DNA of 64,000 nt from a virus: IMG/VR virus record IMGVR_UViG_3300025000_000005, positions 1-64,000 of that record; one strand, 5' to 3'. The notes beneath the pieces were generated by a model that did not search any database, was not told the origin of the DNA, and saw only the letters and a list, made by a program, of their open reading frames with translations. Every line of letters begins with the position of its first letter. The first letter of the stretch is position 1. This document shows positions 1 to 9,975 of the stretch, one piece after another. The translations under genes were made by a program, and so were the position numbers.

Positions 1-79
1 AGTATTCAACAACGCGGTTTTTCAGGTTATAAAATAAAGTTTTCTTTTTATCTTTATTAATTTAAAAGGAGTTAGACCA

Positions 80-1153
80 ATGGCAAACGGAAACGATCAT
101 TCAAAAACACCTTACGAATTGGCGGGGTGGAATAGCGGAAACGCCAATATCTTGGTCCCGAATATATCGCTTTGGGACCCGACCGGCATGTATGAGCCGG
201 TTGTGGAACATCTTCAACTCAACCCGGACCCGAACGGGTGCGATGTTTACCCGGGAGGGAAGAAAAAATCCGGAAATACCGAAGTCACATTCTTGAGGCT
301 TCAGGGATTCGCCCTCGAAAAACTGGCCAACATGGCCAATATCAAGTGGGACCCCATCAACTCGGCGGTGGTAGAGCATACCCGCCAGCAGTATGTCCGG
401 TACCGGGCAGTCGGCTATATGCATAAGATTGATGGCGAACCCCTGGTTCAGGCCGCGTATGGGGAAATGGACACCGATACGCTTCGGGAGGATCTGACCG
501 CTGAATATATAGGAAAGGTCCGATACGACAAGAAGAAGTCCGAAAAGGAAAAGAACGAGTACGTGGACTATTGCGTGAACCGTGATCTTCGGCAAAAACG
601 CAAGTTCATGATTCCTCTGGCCGAGTCGAACGCCAAAAACAGGGTAATCCGGAAATTGCTCAATATCCAGCACGAATACCATCCGGACGATATCAAAAAA
701 CCGTTCGTGGTCGTATGGTTCCGGATGTCTCTCGATTTCAACGATCCGGAGATTAAAAGAATGGTTGTCCAGGCTAAGTTGGCGGCCACCATCGGTCTTT
801 TTGGCAGCCGGATAGGCCTTTCCGCACTTCCGCAATCACAGCAACGGGCACTCCCTCAGACAGTCGAAGAACCGCCGATCGACATCCCCCGGAATATCAC
901 CCCCCAGGAACAACCGGTTCCTCAGACGGACGATGGCGGTTTCACCCCTCCGTCTGACCGGGATCTTTTCTCGGACTATGACCGAGGTACAAAAAACAGC
1001 ATGCTAACGTCGATGCTGAAAATAAAGGGGTATGTGGAATCGGACGTGCTTAGAACTGGAACCATAGAAAGCCTGAAAGACACCCATGTCATGGCTTTTT
1101 ACGACAAGGTTCGATCGCTACCGCAAAAAGAAAAGGAGGTTGCCCATGCTTAA
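80..1153 (+). CDS. Putative single-strand annealing/recombination protein
   Basis: AGGAG RBS; AESNAKNRVIRKLL motif resembling SSAP-type AExxAxxRA motifs; Pro/Gln-rich linker; coupled to sbcD-sbcC. Confidence 0.5.
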   Translation: MANGNDHSKTPYELAGWNSGNANILVPNISLWDPTGMYEPVVEHLQLNPDPNGCDVYPGGKKKSGNTEVTFLRLQGFALEKLANMANIKWDPINSAVVEHTRQQYVRYRAVGYMHKIDGEPLVQAAYGEMDTDTLREDLTAEYIGKVRYDKKKSEKEKNEYVDYCVNRDLRQKRKFMIPLAESNAKNRVIRKLLNIQHEYHPDDIKKPFVVVWFRMSLDFNDPEIKRMVVQAKLAATIGLFGSRIGLSALPQSQQRALPQTVEEPPIDIPRNITPQEQPVPQTDDGGFTPPSDRDLFSDYDRGTKNSMLTSMLKIKGYVESDVLRTGTIESLKDTHVMAFYDKVRSLPQKEKEVAHA

Positions 1154-2360
1154 AATATTGCATTCCGGGGACTGGCATGTGCGCGAAAAGGACCTCGCCG
1201 AGGTCGAAAAGTGCCTCATGTATTTGGTCGAACGCGCCCGGACCGAAAAGCCGGACCTCATCATCATCGCAGGGGACCTATCCGACAGCGAAGAGATCCG
1301 AATGAAAAGCCTTTCGGCCCAACTCCTTTTCCGTGTCGTGACCGAGCTGTCAACCATCGCGCCGGTATCAATCATTACCGGGACCCCGAGTCATGACGGG
1401 GATGCACCGCTTCTTTTCAGCTTTTTGTATCCGAAGCGAGTCCATGTGTCGGCGGGCCCGGAACAAATCTACCTGATGCACCATGGGCTGAGCCTGGTCG
1501 CTGAGCCCGGTGTGCCAATGGCTGTCATTTCCTGCATGCCGGCCGTCACAAAGCAATTTTTCCAGAGTAGCGACAACTCGGTCGATGGCACCGATGCCGA
1601 GATAGGGCAGGCAATGACACAGATTTTTACCGGGTTCGGCGCCATGGCCTCTTTATACGATGCCCCGCACATCCTGGTAGGGCACTGGAATGTGTCCGGC
1701 GCCTACGTGTCGGATACACAGATTCTTACCGGCCGGGAAATCGAGGTATCGAAGGATCAAGTGGCCATGGCCAATGCGGATCTGGTTTGTTTGGGTCATA
1801 TCCACCTCCGCCAGCAGATTGGGATGAATATCTTCTTCTCCGGGTCGATTTTTAGGAAGGATTTTGGGGAGCTTGACGAGAAGGGGCTGTACTTTCACAC
1901 GATTGGCAATGGCCTTCGAACCTCTGAATTCGTCCAGGTACCGACCCGTAAGCTCGTAAAAGTATCAATTGATACCACGAAATGGAATGAATTCGACCCG
2001 AATCGGCTCAAAACGGTCCGGGAGGATATCAAGGACGCTATCGTCCAGTACGTCATCCGGGTTTACACCGACGATGCGACCCAAATCAACCAGTCCGCGC
2101 TTGAGCGTGACCTTGTGGCCGCCGGCGCGATTAAGGTCGATGTCCAGCTTCACAGAATCCCCAGGGAGACGGTCCGGTGTGAAAGAATCCTCCAGCTCGA
2201 AACCCTGCCGGACAAAATCGACATGCTGGCCGAAACCAAGGGGGATACCGTGCCAGATAGCATCCGGGAAAAGGCACTACTACTCGAAACCGAATCGCCA
2301 GAGAGGGTATTGGAAATCGTGTCGGGCGCCGCCATCGCAATCGTTACCGCCGCTGCATAA
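1146..2360 (+). CDS. sbcD: SbcD/Mre11-like metallophosphoesterase nuclease
   Basis: ILHSGDWH, IAGDL, GTPSHD and LGHIH motifs; start re-assigned to ATG 1146 behind AAGGAGGT. Confidence 0.9.
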   Translation: MLKILHSGDWHVREKDLAEVEKCLMYLVERARTEKPDLIIIAGDLSDSEEIRMKSLSAQLLFRVVTELSTIAPVSIITGTPSHDGDAPLLFSFLYPKRVHVSAGPEQIYLMHHGLSLVAEPGVPMAVISCMPAVTKQFFQSSDNSVDGTDAEIGQAMTQIFTGFGAMASLYDAPHILVGHWNVSGAYVSDTQILTGREIEVSKDQVAMANADLVCLGHIHLRQQIGMNIFFSGSIFRKDFGELDEKGLYFHTIGNGLRTSEFVQVPTRKLVKVSIDTTKWNEFDPNRLKTVREDIKDAIVQYVIRVYTDDATQINQSALERDLVAAGAIKVDVQLHRIPRETVRCERILQLETLPDKIDMLAETKGDTVPDSIREKALLLETESPERVLEIVSGAAIAIVTAAA

Positions 2361-2387
2361 ATAAAAAAAACGAAAGGGGAGTGAATC

Positions 2388-5087
2388 ATGGAAATCGAAT
2401 CGTTAAAACTACGTGGTGCCATCGGCATTATGAGAGGCATGGGGCTTGAGGAGGTATCTCTCGACTTTTCCGGATTGTCCGGCCTGGTCGCCTTCTCCGG
2501 GCCATGCGGGCGGGGAAAAACGACAATACTTGAAAACATGCAGCCATACCGGACACTGGTCAGCCGGAAACAGAAGCTCCAGGATCATTTTTACCTGCGA
2601 GACTCCTTTAGGGAATTGTCCTTCCGAATGGCCGGAGACCATTACCGGTCATTGATCCGGATCGATGCGAAGTCCGGCCGAAGCGAGGGGTTCTTGTATC
2701 GGAATCACGCTACCGAGTCGATGGTGAATGGCAAGCTTGGGGAATACGACAAGGCCGTTACCGACCTATTCGGTACCGATGAACTGTTTTTCAACTCGGT
2801 CTTTTGCGCTCAGAACTCGGCAAAGTTATCCGATATGAAAACCAGTGCGTTAAAATCGCTCATGAGTGAATTCCTTCGGCTCGATCGGTATATCAGGGAT
2901 GAAAAGACGTCATCACAGTGCGAGTCGATTATCAATGGTCGAATCATGAGGCTCGATCAGGATATCGAGATCGCCGGTAAAACGATTTCAGCAATCCTGG
3001 TCACTCCGGAAACCGTTGCGGCGATGGAGTCGGGTATCCATACCGACGAAGCGGAAATCGTTGCAACCCGCGATAGCATCACAGTTACAGAAAGATGTAT
3101 CGCCGATCAGGAGCAAAAAGCCATCGGCCGGGAGCGAATCATTAAGGAAATTGAAAGAATCCATGCCGACATCAAAACGGCCGAGGATGAGATTGAGGGA
3201 TACCGATCTCAGATGGATATCGAGACCCTGGCGGCCATTGCCAATGCGAAACAGGGTATTGAGTCGGACATGGCGGCCATACGCGCCGATATCGGGAAAT
3301 ATACGACTGAAAAGGAATCCGAACTGGCGACTATCCGCGTAAGTGCCCAGGCGGCGCTGGCGGCCATAAAAGAGGTTTCCGCCCTCCTTCTTCAAGAGGA
3401 GGAAATAAAGAAAGCTGTAAATGAAGAAAAAAAGGTCATAGAAGAGCGGGACAAAATGACCATGGCCATGGCCGAGAAGACCCAAAAGCGGTCCGTGCTC
3501 GTTGATCAGCGGACCGAAAAGCAGAGTCGGATAGAAGCGCACCGGCTTGAATGGGAAAAGGCCAAGGCCAAACATGACGATATCGTCCGAAATGGCAACG
3601 AGCTGGTTAAAAAATGCGTCAGGGACCTGGACCAACTGCAAAAGGACCTTTCGGCGGCCGATTCGGATACTCGGTTAGGGAAACTTCAGACCGAGAGAAG
3701 CTTTTCGGTACAGCAAACGGTAGCGCTTGAAAAAAGAAGCCCGAATTGCACAGATGATTCGTGCCTATTTATCCGGAATGCCGTCCTCGCAAAAGGGGAT
3801 ATTTCCCGACTTGATATCGAAATAGCCCAAAGAAAAAAAGAGCTGGCAGAGGTCCGGGCGGAAATCGTGACGAGGATCACCACCCGTGAGCAGGAAAAGC
3901 TTGAATTTGAAGATGATGTCAAGCGATACAATACGCTCAAAGCAGATGCCTGCGCTGAAAATATTTCAAAAGTCAGGGAATTATCGAAGGCCTTTGACAC
4001 TATCCAGGCCGAAATAACAGGTGTCATATCCGAAATAGCAAATATCAACAAACGCCTCTCCCAAATCCCGGCCGAACTGGCAACCCTCCATGCCCTATCA
4101 CAACGCGCCTATGAAATCCGTGGCGCCAAGGAAAAGTTGTCCACCTACACGGCCGAGAAAGCCGATCTCGTTGAAAAGGGCATGACGATTTCGGCCCGGT
4201 GGGATTCCATGATTAGCGGAAAGCAGGCCATTTTAAGCCAAAAAATGGAGCAACTCCTGTCCATCGAAACGGATCTCGCCGTCTTGCAGGATATCAAGGA
4301 CCGCTGGAACCGGATGATTGCCGGCAAAGAAGAGCAGGTATCTACGCTCCGGCGCCAGGGCATGGAGTTGTCGTTGAGTATCGAAACAAACCCGACAGAC
4401 GAAATTGACCGGCTGGTTGCCGAGGTCGCCACACTAAAGAATAACCTGAGAGTCATTGAATCCGGTATCGCGGAAAAGAAAGCGGCCCACATCAAGGCCC
4501 GCGAAGATCTGGCAACCAAGGCACGAATGCAGGCTGAATTGAACGCCAAACAGGCCGAGCGTAACGCAATGGCGAGGGAAGCGTCCGAGTGGGCCTACAT
4601 CAAAAACGCATGCGGGAAAGATGGTCTCAGAGCGCTTGAAATCGATTCAGTGGCACCGGCAATCGCTTCCTATGCGAACAACCTGCTTCATTCAGCTTTC
4701 GGCACCCAGGAGAGCTTAGAAATCCAAACCCAGGACGAAACTGGGAAGGAAGTGCTCGATATCATCGTGCATACCGCGGACGGGAATCGGGTCCCCATCG
4801 AAATGTTCTCCGGTGGGCAAAAGGTATGGTTGTTGAAGGCTGCCCGGTTGGCCCTGACGATGATCAGTAAGGAAAGATCCGGCAGGGCGATTCTGACGTG
4901 CCTTGCCGATGAAGAGGATGGCAGTTTAGACGCCGAAAGCGCCAAGATGTTCATTTCCTTGTATCGGACCTTCGCTCAGCAGGGCGGATTCAACACGAAT
5001 TTTTTTATCTCACATAAACCAGAATGTGTTGCCATGGCCGATTCGCAAGTGGTTTTCAACAGTAACGGCATAACGATTCGGAATTGA
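2388..5087 (+). CDS. sbcC: SbcC/Rad50-like SMC ATPase
   Basis: Walker A GPCGRGKTT, long coiled coil with central CTDDSC, signature FSGGQK, Walker B ADEEDGSLD, ISH. Confidence 0.9.
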   Translation: MEIESLKLRGAIGIMRGMGLEEVSLDFSGLSGLVAFSGPCGRGKTTILENMQPYRTLVSRKQKLQDHFYLRDSFRELSFRMAGDHYRSLIRIDAKSGRSEGFLYRNHATESMVNGKLGEYDKAVTDLFGTDELFFNSVFCAQNSAKLSDMKTSALKSLMSEFLRLDRYIRDEKTSSQCESIINGRIMRLDQDIEIAGKTISAILVTPETVAAMESGIHTDEAEIVATRDSITVTERCIADQEQKAIGRERIIKEIERIHADIKTAEDEIEGYRSQMDIETLAAIANAKQGIESDMAAIRADIGKYTTEKESELATIRVSAQAALAAIKEVSALLLQEEEIKKAVNEEKKVIEERDKMTMAMAEKTQKRSVLVDQRTEKQSRIEAHRLEWEKAKAKHDDIVRNGNELVKKCVRDLDQLQKDLSAADSDTRLGKLQTERSFSVQQTVALEKRSPNCTDDSCLFIRNAVLAKGDISRLDIEIAQRKKELAEVRAEIVTRITTREQEKLEFEDDVKRYNTLKADACAENISKVRELSKAFDTIQAEITGVISEIANINKRLSQIPAELATLHALSQRAYEIRGAKEKLSTYTAEKADLVEKGMTISARWDSMISGKQAILSQKMEQLLSIETDLAVLQDIKDRWNRMIAGKEEQVSTLRRQGMELSLSIETNPTDEIDRLVAEVATLKNNLRVIESGIAEKKAAHIKAREDLATKARMQAELNAKQAERNAMAREASEWAYIKNACGKDGLRALEIDSVAPAIASYANNLLHSAFGTQESLEIQTQDETGKEVLDIIVHTADGNRVPIEMFSGGQKVWLLKAARLALTMISKERSGRAILTCLADEEDGSLDAESAKMFISLYRTFAQQGGFNTNFFISHKPECVAMADSQVVFNSNGITIRN

Positions 5088-5255
5088 TATCGCGGCGTGG
5101 CGCATAGCTCCACCGGTATACGTGCGGTCGCCGGGAATAAAGTAACCCATCCCTGCGCCGCGCCTCGATCCATGTCCATCGGGATGGGTGAATGATCGTC
5201 AATGCTCCCCGGCACGTCTGCAAACGTGCCGGGGGGAAACCAAAAGGGGGTTCAA

Positions 5256-5603
5256 ATGTATAAAATCGTTTCGGATGTATTTGCTGAGACTTTATCAAAA
5301 GAGGTGAATGAGGAAATTGACAAAGGCTTTTTTCCGATAGGTGGCGTTTGCTGCGACGGAAATGGAAGCGATTGCCGCACTTTATACCAGGCAATGATAT
5401 CCAAACAGGAGAAACAGCAGGATGAAACGGAATATCAAGACCATGAATTTTGCGAATCAATCCGTTGCGCCTCGTTTAAAAACGAAAAATGCAACTGGTT
5501 CGAGCCCTTCCTTGATGACTGTGGTTGCCACAAATCAGCAAAAAGGTTCCATAAATGGTTGAACGAAAACGGGTTCAAGATCGTAAGAAAGGTTAAAAAA
5601 TGA
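5256..5603 (+). CDS. Small phage protein (DUF1737-like N-terminus, Cys-rich C-terminus)
   Basis: ATG after AAGGGGG; YKIV...LSKEVNEEIDKGFFPIGG pattern. Confidence 0.55.
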   Translation: MYKIVSDVFAETLSKEVNEEIDKGFFPIGGVCCDGNGSDCRTLYQAMISKQEKQQDETEYQDHEFCESIRCASFKNEKCNWFEPFLDDCGCHKSAKRFHKWLNENGFKIVRKVKK

Positions 5604-5821
5604 AAGCACCAAAAGAAAAAAAGCGGCAAACCGCAACATGGTTCATCTACCTCGATACGGAATGCCCGAAATGCCGTTGCGACGTGGACCTTTTAGAAGC
5701 GCCAGGATTTTGGGACAACGCGAAATTTCAGGTAGGTGAAAACGGTACGAAAGGCACCCGTGGCGTCTCTGTCGTATGCCCTGCTTGTGGCCATGGGTTT
5801 GATGTTGATTTTATTTGTTAA
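5600..5821 (+). CDS. Zn-ribbon protein
   Basis: CPKC...CPACG; ATGA overlap with upstream gene. Confidence 0.7.
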   Translation: MKAPKEKKRQTATWFIYLDTECPKCRCDVDLLEAPGFWDNAKFQVGENGTKGTRGVSVVCPACGHGFDVDFIC

Positions 5822-5831
5822 AGGAGGATTC

Positions 5832-6287
5832 GTGAACAACTTCGAAGCAAGGATTATTTCGGATGGCAATGGCGTTTGTCTGTTTATGGAAAGGAGTGGG
5901 CAACTATACCGGACGCTATCTTTCGAAAAACCAGAGGTGGAAATACCGGCCATCATGGCGGCGTTACAAGAACATTGCCCAAACGAACAGAGAATTTTAA
6001 CCTGCGTTTACTGCGGAATGCATTACCCACCGGGCACCCCGTCTCACGGCGCCCAGGTGCTCACGGATCATATTCGGGTTTGCGAGAAGCACCCGATGCG
6101 GAAATTGGAGGAAGATCGCCAAAAGCTTATCATGGCATTGGCCGGGTTGGTCGGATCAATCGATTCCGAGGAGTTGAAAGCGATGCGTACCGCTACCGAA
6201 ATTGTTCCCTTACCTGCTGACGATAGGTCGGCCGCCCTGAACGCAATCGATACACTAATCGATCTTTTACCGACAATCCAACAATAA
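5832..6287 (+). CDS. Hypothetical phage protein with C2HC zinc finger
   Basis: GTG after AAGGAGG; CVYCG...HIRVCEKHP. Confidence 0.65.
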   Translation: MNNFEARIISDGNGVCLFMERSGQLYRTLSFEKPEVEIPAIMAALQEHCPNEQRILTCVYCGMHYPPGTPSHGAQVLTDHIRVCEKHPMRKLEEDRQKLIMALAGLVGSIDSEELKAMRTATEIVPLPADDRSAALNAIDTLIDLLPTIQQ

Positions 6288-6304
6288 TAAGGAGACCACT
6301 GTAA

Positions 6305-7111
6305 ATGCTCTATCCACACTCAATCGATGCCCGTGACCTACCCGACCTATGGTTCCAGGCAGTTCATGACATCCTTGACCACGGTCGCCGGTTCACCGTT
6401 GACCGAGGATCCTACGCCGGACAAACCCGACTTGAATACGATTTCTTTACCGGGCACATCAGCTTCCCCGGCACTCTGCCCCTGCTTCCGGACATCCCGC
6501 CAGCATGCGGACTACCGAACCCGGTTGAGCACGATTATATTTATGGCGGCCCGGGGTACGAAAGATCCTATCTCGAATACCTCATGACGGACCGCAAGGC
6601 GAAGGGTGAATCCTACACTTACGGCGAACGGCTGACAGCGGCGCCGTTTGATGCGATCATTGCCCGGTATCCTGCACTTGACGGCCGTGCCGACATTTAC
6701 ATCCAGGACGATGATATTTGGCACAACCCGAAAATAGTCCATTGGAGGGCAGGAAACCCGTTCATCAATCAGATAGAGCTTGCCATTCACACGTACCGGG
6801 AACACGGGCACCGGAACAATCAGATGGTGCTCCAGGTCGCACAGCCAACAGACATGACGCTCAAGGACCCGCCCTGCCTGAGATCGATTGATACCCGGAT
6901 TCAGGACGATGCGCTTCATTTCATCGTCTATTTCCGGTCATGGGACCTTTGGGGGGGGCTTCCTGCGAATCTGGCCGGGATTCAGATTCTCAAGGAATAC
7001 ATGGCGTCCGAAATCGGCGTTGCTGACGGGGAAATGATCGTTGAAAGCAAGGGGCTGCACCTGTATGGGTATGCTGAGGATTTGGCTCGGATTCGGTGCA
7101 TGATGGGTTGA
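6305..7111 (+). CDS. thyA: Thymidylate synthase (ThyA family, short type)
   Basis: PPCL catalytic Cys, FRSWD, PANL (Asn, dUMP-specific position), LHLY. Confidence 0.85.
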   Translation: MLYPHSIDARDLPDLWFQAVHDILDHGRRFTVDRGSYAGQTRLEYDFFTGHISFPGTLPLLPDIPPACGLPNPVEHDYIYGGPGYERSYLEYLMTDRKAKGESYTYGERLTAAPFDAIIARYPALDGRADIYIQDDDIWHNPKIVHWRAGNPFINQIELAIHTYREHGHRNNQMVLQVAQPTDMTLKDPPCLRSIDTRIQDDALHFIVYFRSWDLWGGLPANLAGIQILKEYMASEIGVADGEMIVESKGLHLYGYAEDLARIRCMMG

Positions 7112-7138
7112 ATTTATACCGGATTGAATGAGGTCTCT

Positions 7139-7540
7139 ATGGATAAAACAAACCATAAAAAAGTTTATGGTGCTGGTTATTATGCAGGGGTAAAAGACGC
7201 CAGCAATAATTCGAAAAAGATCTGCGGTTCAAACAGGGGATACAGAAACGCTACAAATGCGATGTTGTGTTGGAAGCCACATAGTTCAGAAGTAAAGGTG
7301 ATTCCATGGCCTGATCGCGACGGAAAAAGCGACAAGTATCCTATGTCAGGGCTTGCGGCGTATTCTCACATAAGGCAAATGGATTTTGAGCAAAGGAAGA
7401 CGATTATTTTTATAGAAGCAATGCATTTGATCGTCAGGGACTGGTGCGACCCCGCTTCGGTCCATTTGGCATTACTCGAACTCGAAGAATATAGGGATGG
7501 TTGTTCATCCGACATGCCATGGATGAACAATTGGATATAA
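7139..7540 (+). CDS. Hypothetical protein
   Basis: Open frame with GAGG RBS. Confidence 0.55.
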   Translation: MDKTNHKKVYGAGYYAGVKDASNNSKKICGSNRGYRNATNAMLCWKPHSSEVKVIPWPDRDGKSDKYPMSGLAAYSHIRQMDFEQRKTIIFIEAMHLIVRDWCDPASVHLALLELEEYRDGCSSDMPWMNNWI

Positions 7541-7713
7541 TCGGCCACGTTCCGCGCCCACCGGAACCCGAAACCCCCTGATAACAAATGCGTCCGACGG
7601 TGCGAGCCTAAGAGCGGAATAACGCAAGGCAACAGAATGGGACGGCAGGTTGGTCAAATGGGCGCATAACCGATTTTAAAAGCGGTCCACAGAAAAAAAA
7701 GGATGGAGAAACC

Positions 7714-7977
7714 ATGAAACAACCAGGAATGAGAGCAGGCGCAATACTGAGCGCTGATGCAGCCACGGTCCAGCTTTTGGGCTATGGCACATACGACGGC
7801 GATTTAGAGCACCCAGAAATGGGTATCCCAAACCCACACATCACGCTGGACGATGGGAGCGTAGTGTGGGGTTGCGAGTGCTGGTGGGGTCCCGAAGAAA
7901 AAATAAAGGCTATCATCGGAAACCGAAAGGTTGAAATCGTCACAATGGCGGATTCACGATCCTCGAACCCGTCATAA
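7714..7977 (+). CDS. Hypothetical phage protein
   Basis: GGAG RBS; VWGCECWWG motif. Confidence 0.7.
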   Translation: MKQPGMRAGAILSADAATVQLLGYGTYDGDLEHPEMGIPNPHITLDDGSVVWGCECWWGPEEKIKAIIGNRKVEIVTMADSRSSNPS

Positions 7978-8562
7978 GCCAGCAAGCCCAAGCGTTGCGC
8001 TCCGTCGATACTCGCTCATCCGGACCGTGGAGTGCAACGCAAACCGCCTTAACGTCTCCACCTGGACCTCATGCGATGTGCCATACCCGTGGGCAAGGCC
8101 AACGAACATCCTGGTCGTGTCGAATGTCAATGTTTCCTCGCTCATAATTTCATAATGAAACAGCACACGGGACGGCACCCAGAACAACAGTGCCATCATT
8201 TGGGCCTCACAATCGCACTTGACGATCGACGTCGATGTATAATTTTGCCGAATCGACATTAAATCGGTATGCCCGAGCATGATATGGGAGAACTCGTGAG
8301 CAACGACAAGATCTAAAATAGGCCTATTCAGTGCTGGATTGTAAACGATCACGTACTTACTGCCGACCTTGAAACTGCATCCATACGGCTCATTGGCATT
8401 CGGAATAATGGAGATCCGCCTGTCCTTATGATTTGCTACGTACGCCTCAAATTCGGCAAGGCGCCACGCCCGGGAATTAAACCCATCGATTCTTGATTCG
8501 AAATCACTCACAAGACCAGGAAGGCGTCCGGATACTGACGTCAGTTCGTTGACCGATACCAT
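7972..8562 (-). CDS. ImmA/IrrE-family metallopeptidase (putative anti-repressor protease)
   Basis: AHEFSH (HExxH) plus downstream CEAQ; overlaps the 3' end of the XRE repressor gene. Confidence 0.75.
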   Translation of the reverse strand: MVSVNELTSVSGRLPGLVSDFESRIDGFNSRAWRLAEFEAYVANHKDRRISIIPNANEPYGCSFKVGSKYVIVYNPALNRPILDLVVAHEFSHIMLGHTDLMSIRQNYTSTSIVKCDCEAQMMALLFWVPSRVLFHYEIMSEETLTFDTTRMFVGLAHGYGTSHEVQVETLRRFALHSTVRMSEYRRSATLGLAGL

Positions 8563-9140
8563 TGCCTTTTTACCCTCTCTTCAGCATCGGAAATATCCGA
8601 TTCAAGCTGCGTTTTGATGGCGGCAAAATGCTCACATGCCTGTTCATAGAGACCTGTTAGTGATATTTCTCCAGCATAATATTTTCGGATAAAGGGCGGG
8701 AGGCTGTCCGCCGACATTTTTAAAATCTCATCACCTGCATGCATCAGCATGCCGGACATACCGTATTTCTCGGAAACGATTCTGATAACCTCGACGGCTA
8801 TTTTCTTCTTATCGTGTAGACGCAACAGGGAAAGATACCCCGGGAACGGCTCGGAGCCTTTCTTTTTGCCGATATCCCGGCCCATTGCCACCATCTCTTC
8901 GATCGAGTACCCGAAAAAATCAGCGATAGCCTCCTGGAGGGGCGGCGACATGGCTTTCTTAAAACTCTTTTTGGCGGCTGAAAGCCACTGAGGGGTTTTC
9001 CCGGTTGCTTTTGCCACCTTGGTCATGGTGCCATGGCCGCTGTCGTTAACCAGACGAACGAATGCCTTCATAAAATTTCGATAATTCTTGCTGTCCTTTG
9101 AACTGCGACTGAGCGATATTTTTGGCGTTTCACCGTTCAT
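8541..9140 (-). CDS. XRE-family HTH repressor (CI/ImmR-like)
   Basis: TMTKVAKATGKTPQWLS...LQEAIADFFGYSIEEM HTH; divergent from the Cro-like gene. Confidence 0.75.
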   Translation of the reverse strand: MNGETPKISLSRSSKDSKNYRNFMKAFVRLVNDSGHGTMTKVAKATGKTPQWLSAAKKSFKKAMSPPLQEAIADFFGYSIEEMVAMGRDIGKKKGSEPFPGYLSLLRLHDKKKIAVEVIRIVSEKYGMSGMLMHAGDEILKMSADSLPPFIRKYYAGEISLTGLYEQACEHFAAIKTQLESDISDAEERVKRQWYRSTN

Positions 9141-9318
9141 TTTTTTCCGAAATACACGATCAGATTTAGCCTTGTCAAGGCATCGGTAAAAATTAATCTA
9201 AAAGTTTAACTTTCCCCTTGACAACTTAATCTTTTGGTTGATAGTTAATCCGAAAAATACTAGTTCGGAGTGACATCGACCACGAGTATTGGCTGATAAC
9301 TTCAAGGGGGTACCAGAA
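9141..9318. promoter_or_regulatory. Divergent promoter/operator region (lysis-lysogeny switch)
   Basis: TTGACA on + (9218-9223) followed by GATAGT; TTGACA on - (9173-9178) inside palindrome CCTTGTCAAGG; three TTAATC boxes. Confidence 0.7.
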
Positions 9319-9714
9319 ATGGAATTGTCAAAACTGTCCGAGCTGGTAGGATGCAGTTACCAGCACCTTCATGCGGTTCAATCTCGGAAAAAGGGACTCT
9401 CAAAAGAGTTGGCAGAGTCCCTGGAAAAGGCTACAGGAATCGTTGCGGCCGCATGGATGTGGCCTGAACGGCATCCGGTCAACCCATGGACGGGAAAACC
9501 GAACGTGGAAGGGGAGGTGCCGCCCAAGGAAGAAACGCCGGATCAGCCGACACTCGAAGGGGAATGCCTTGACGACTACCCGGCCGTTATTGCATTTCAT
9601 CAGGCGCTTCGGGATGGAAAATCGATTGAAGAAGCCGAAAGGCTTTTGGACGTGGCTATTGGGGAGTTAAAGCAAACGCTCACAAGATGGAGGGGAGAAA
9701 AGGAAAATGTATGA
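9319..9714 (+). CDS. Cro-like HTH protein
   Basis: LSKLSELVGCSYQHL...LSKELAESLEKATGI; ATG after AAGGGGG. Confidence 0.7.
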   Translation: MELSKLSELVGCSYQHLHAVQSRKKGLSKELAESLEKATGIVAAAWMWPERHPVNPWTGKPNVEGEVPPKEETPDQPTLEGECLDDYPAVIAFHQALRDGKSIEEAERLLDVAIGELKQTLTRWRGEKENV

Positions 9715-9973
9715 TTTTTTCATGGAGTATGCTCCGGATGCCTTAAAAGAGGTTGAAAATGTCGTGGCTGATGGGCGGATGGATGTTGAGGATATAGCAG
9801 AAAGTTTTTCTGTGATGCCTGGCATCCCGCAAATTATTGCGGATGCCATAAGGGAAGCGGTTTTGGTTTCGGCCCAAAACGGAATGAAGCGACGGACCGG
9901 AGGGGCATACCCGATTGACGTGCTCGATTTCGGGACTGATGGTGAGCCCGAACTCTGTAAACTTTTCAGGTAA
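9707..9973 (+). CDS. Hypothetical protein
   Basis: Overlapping ORF with RBS. Confidence 0.6.
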   Translation: MYDFFMEYAPDALKEVENVVADGRMDVEDIAESFSVMPGIPQIIADAIREAVLVSAQNGMKRRTGGAYPIDVLDFGTDGEPELCKLFR

Positions 9974-9975
9974 AA

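Noticed and set aside
6305-7111. dCMP hydroxymethylase/DNA hypermodification system
   Set aside because: The specificity residue is Asn, not Asp, and no glycosyltransferase or kinase partners are nearby; the G8 run at 6951 simply encodes W-G-G
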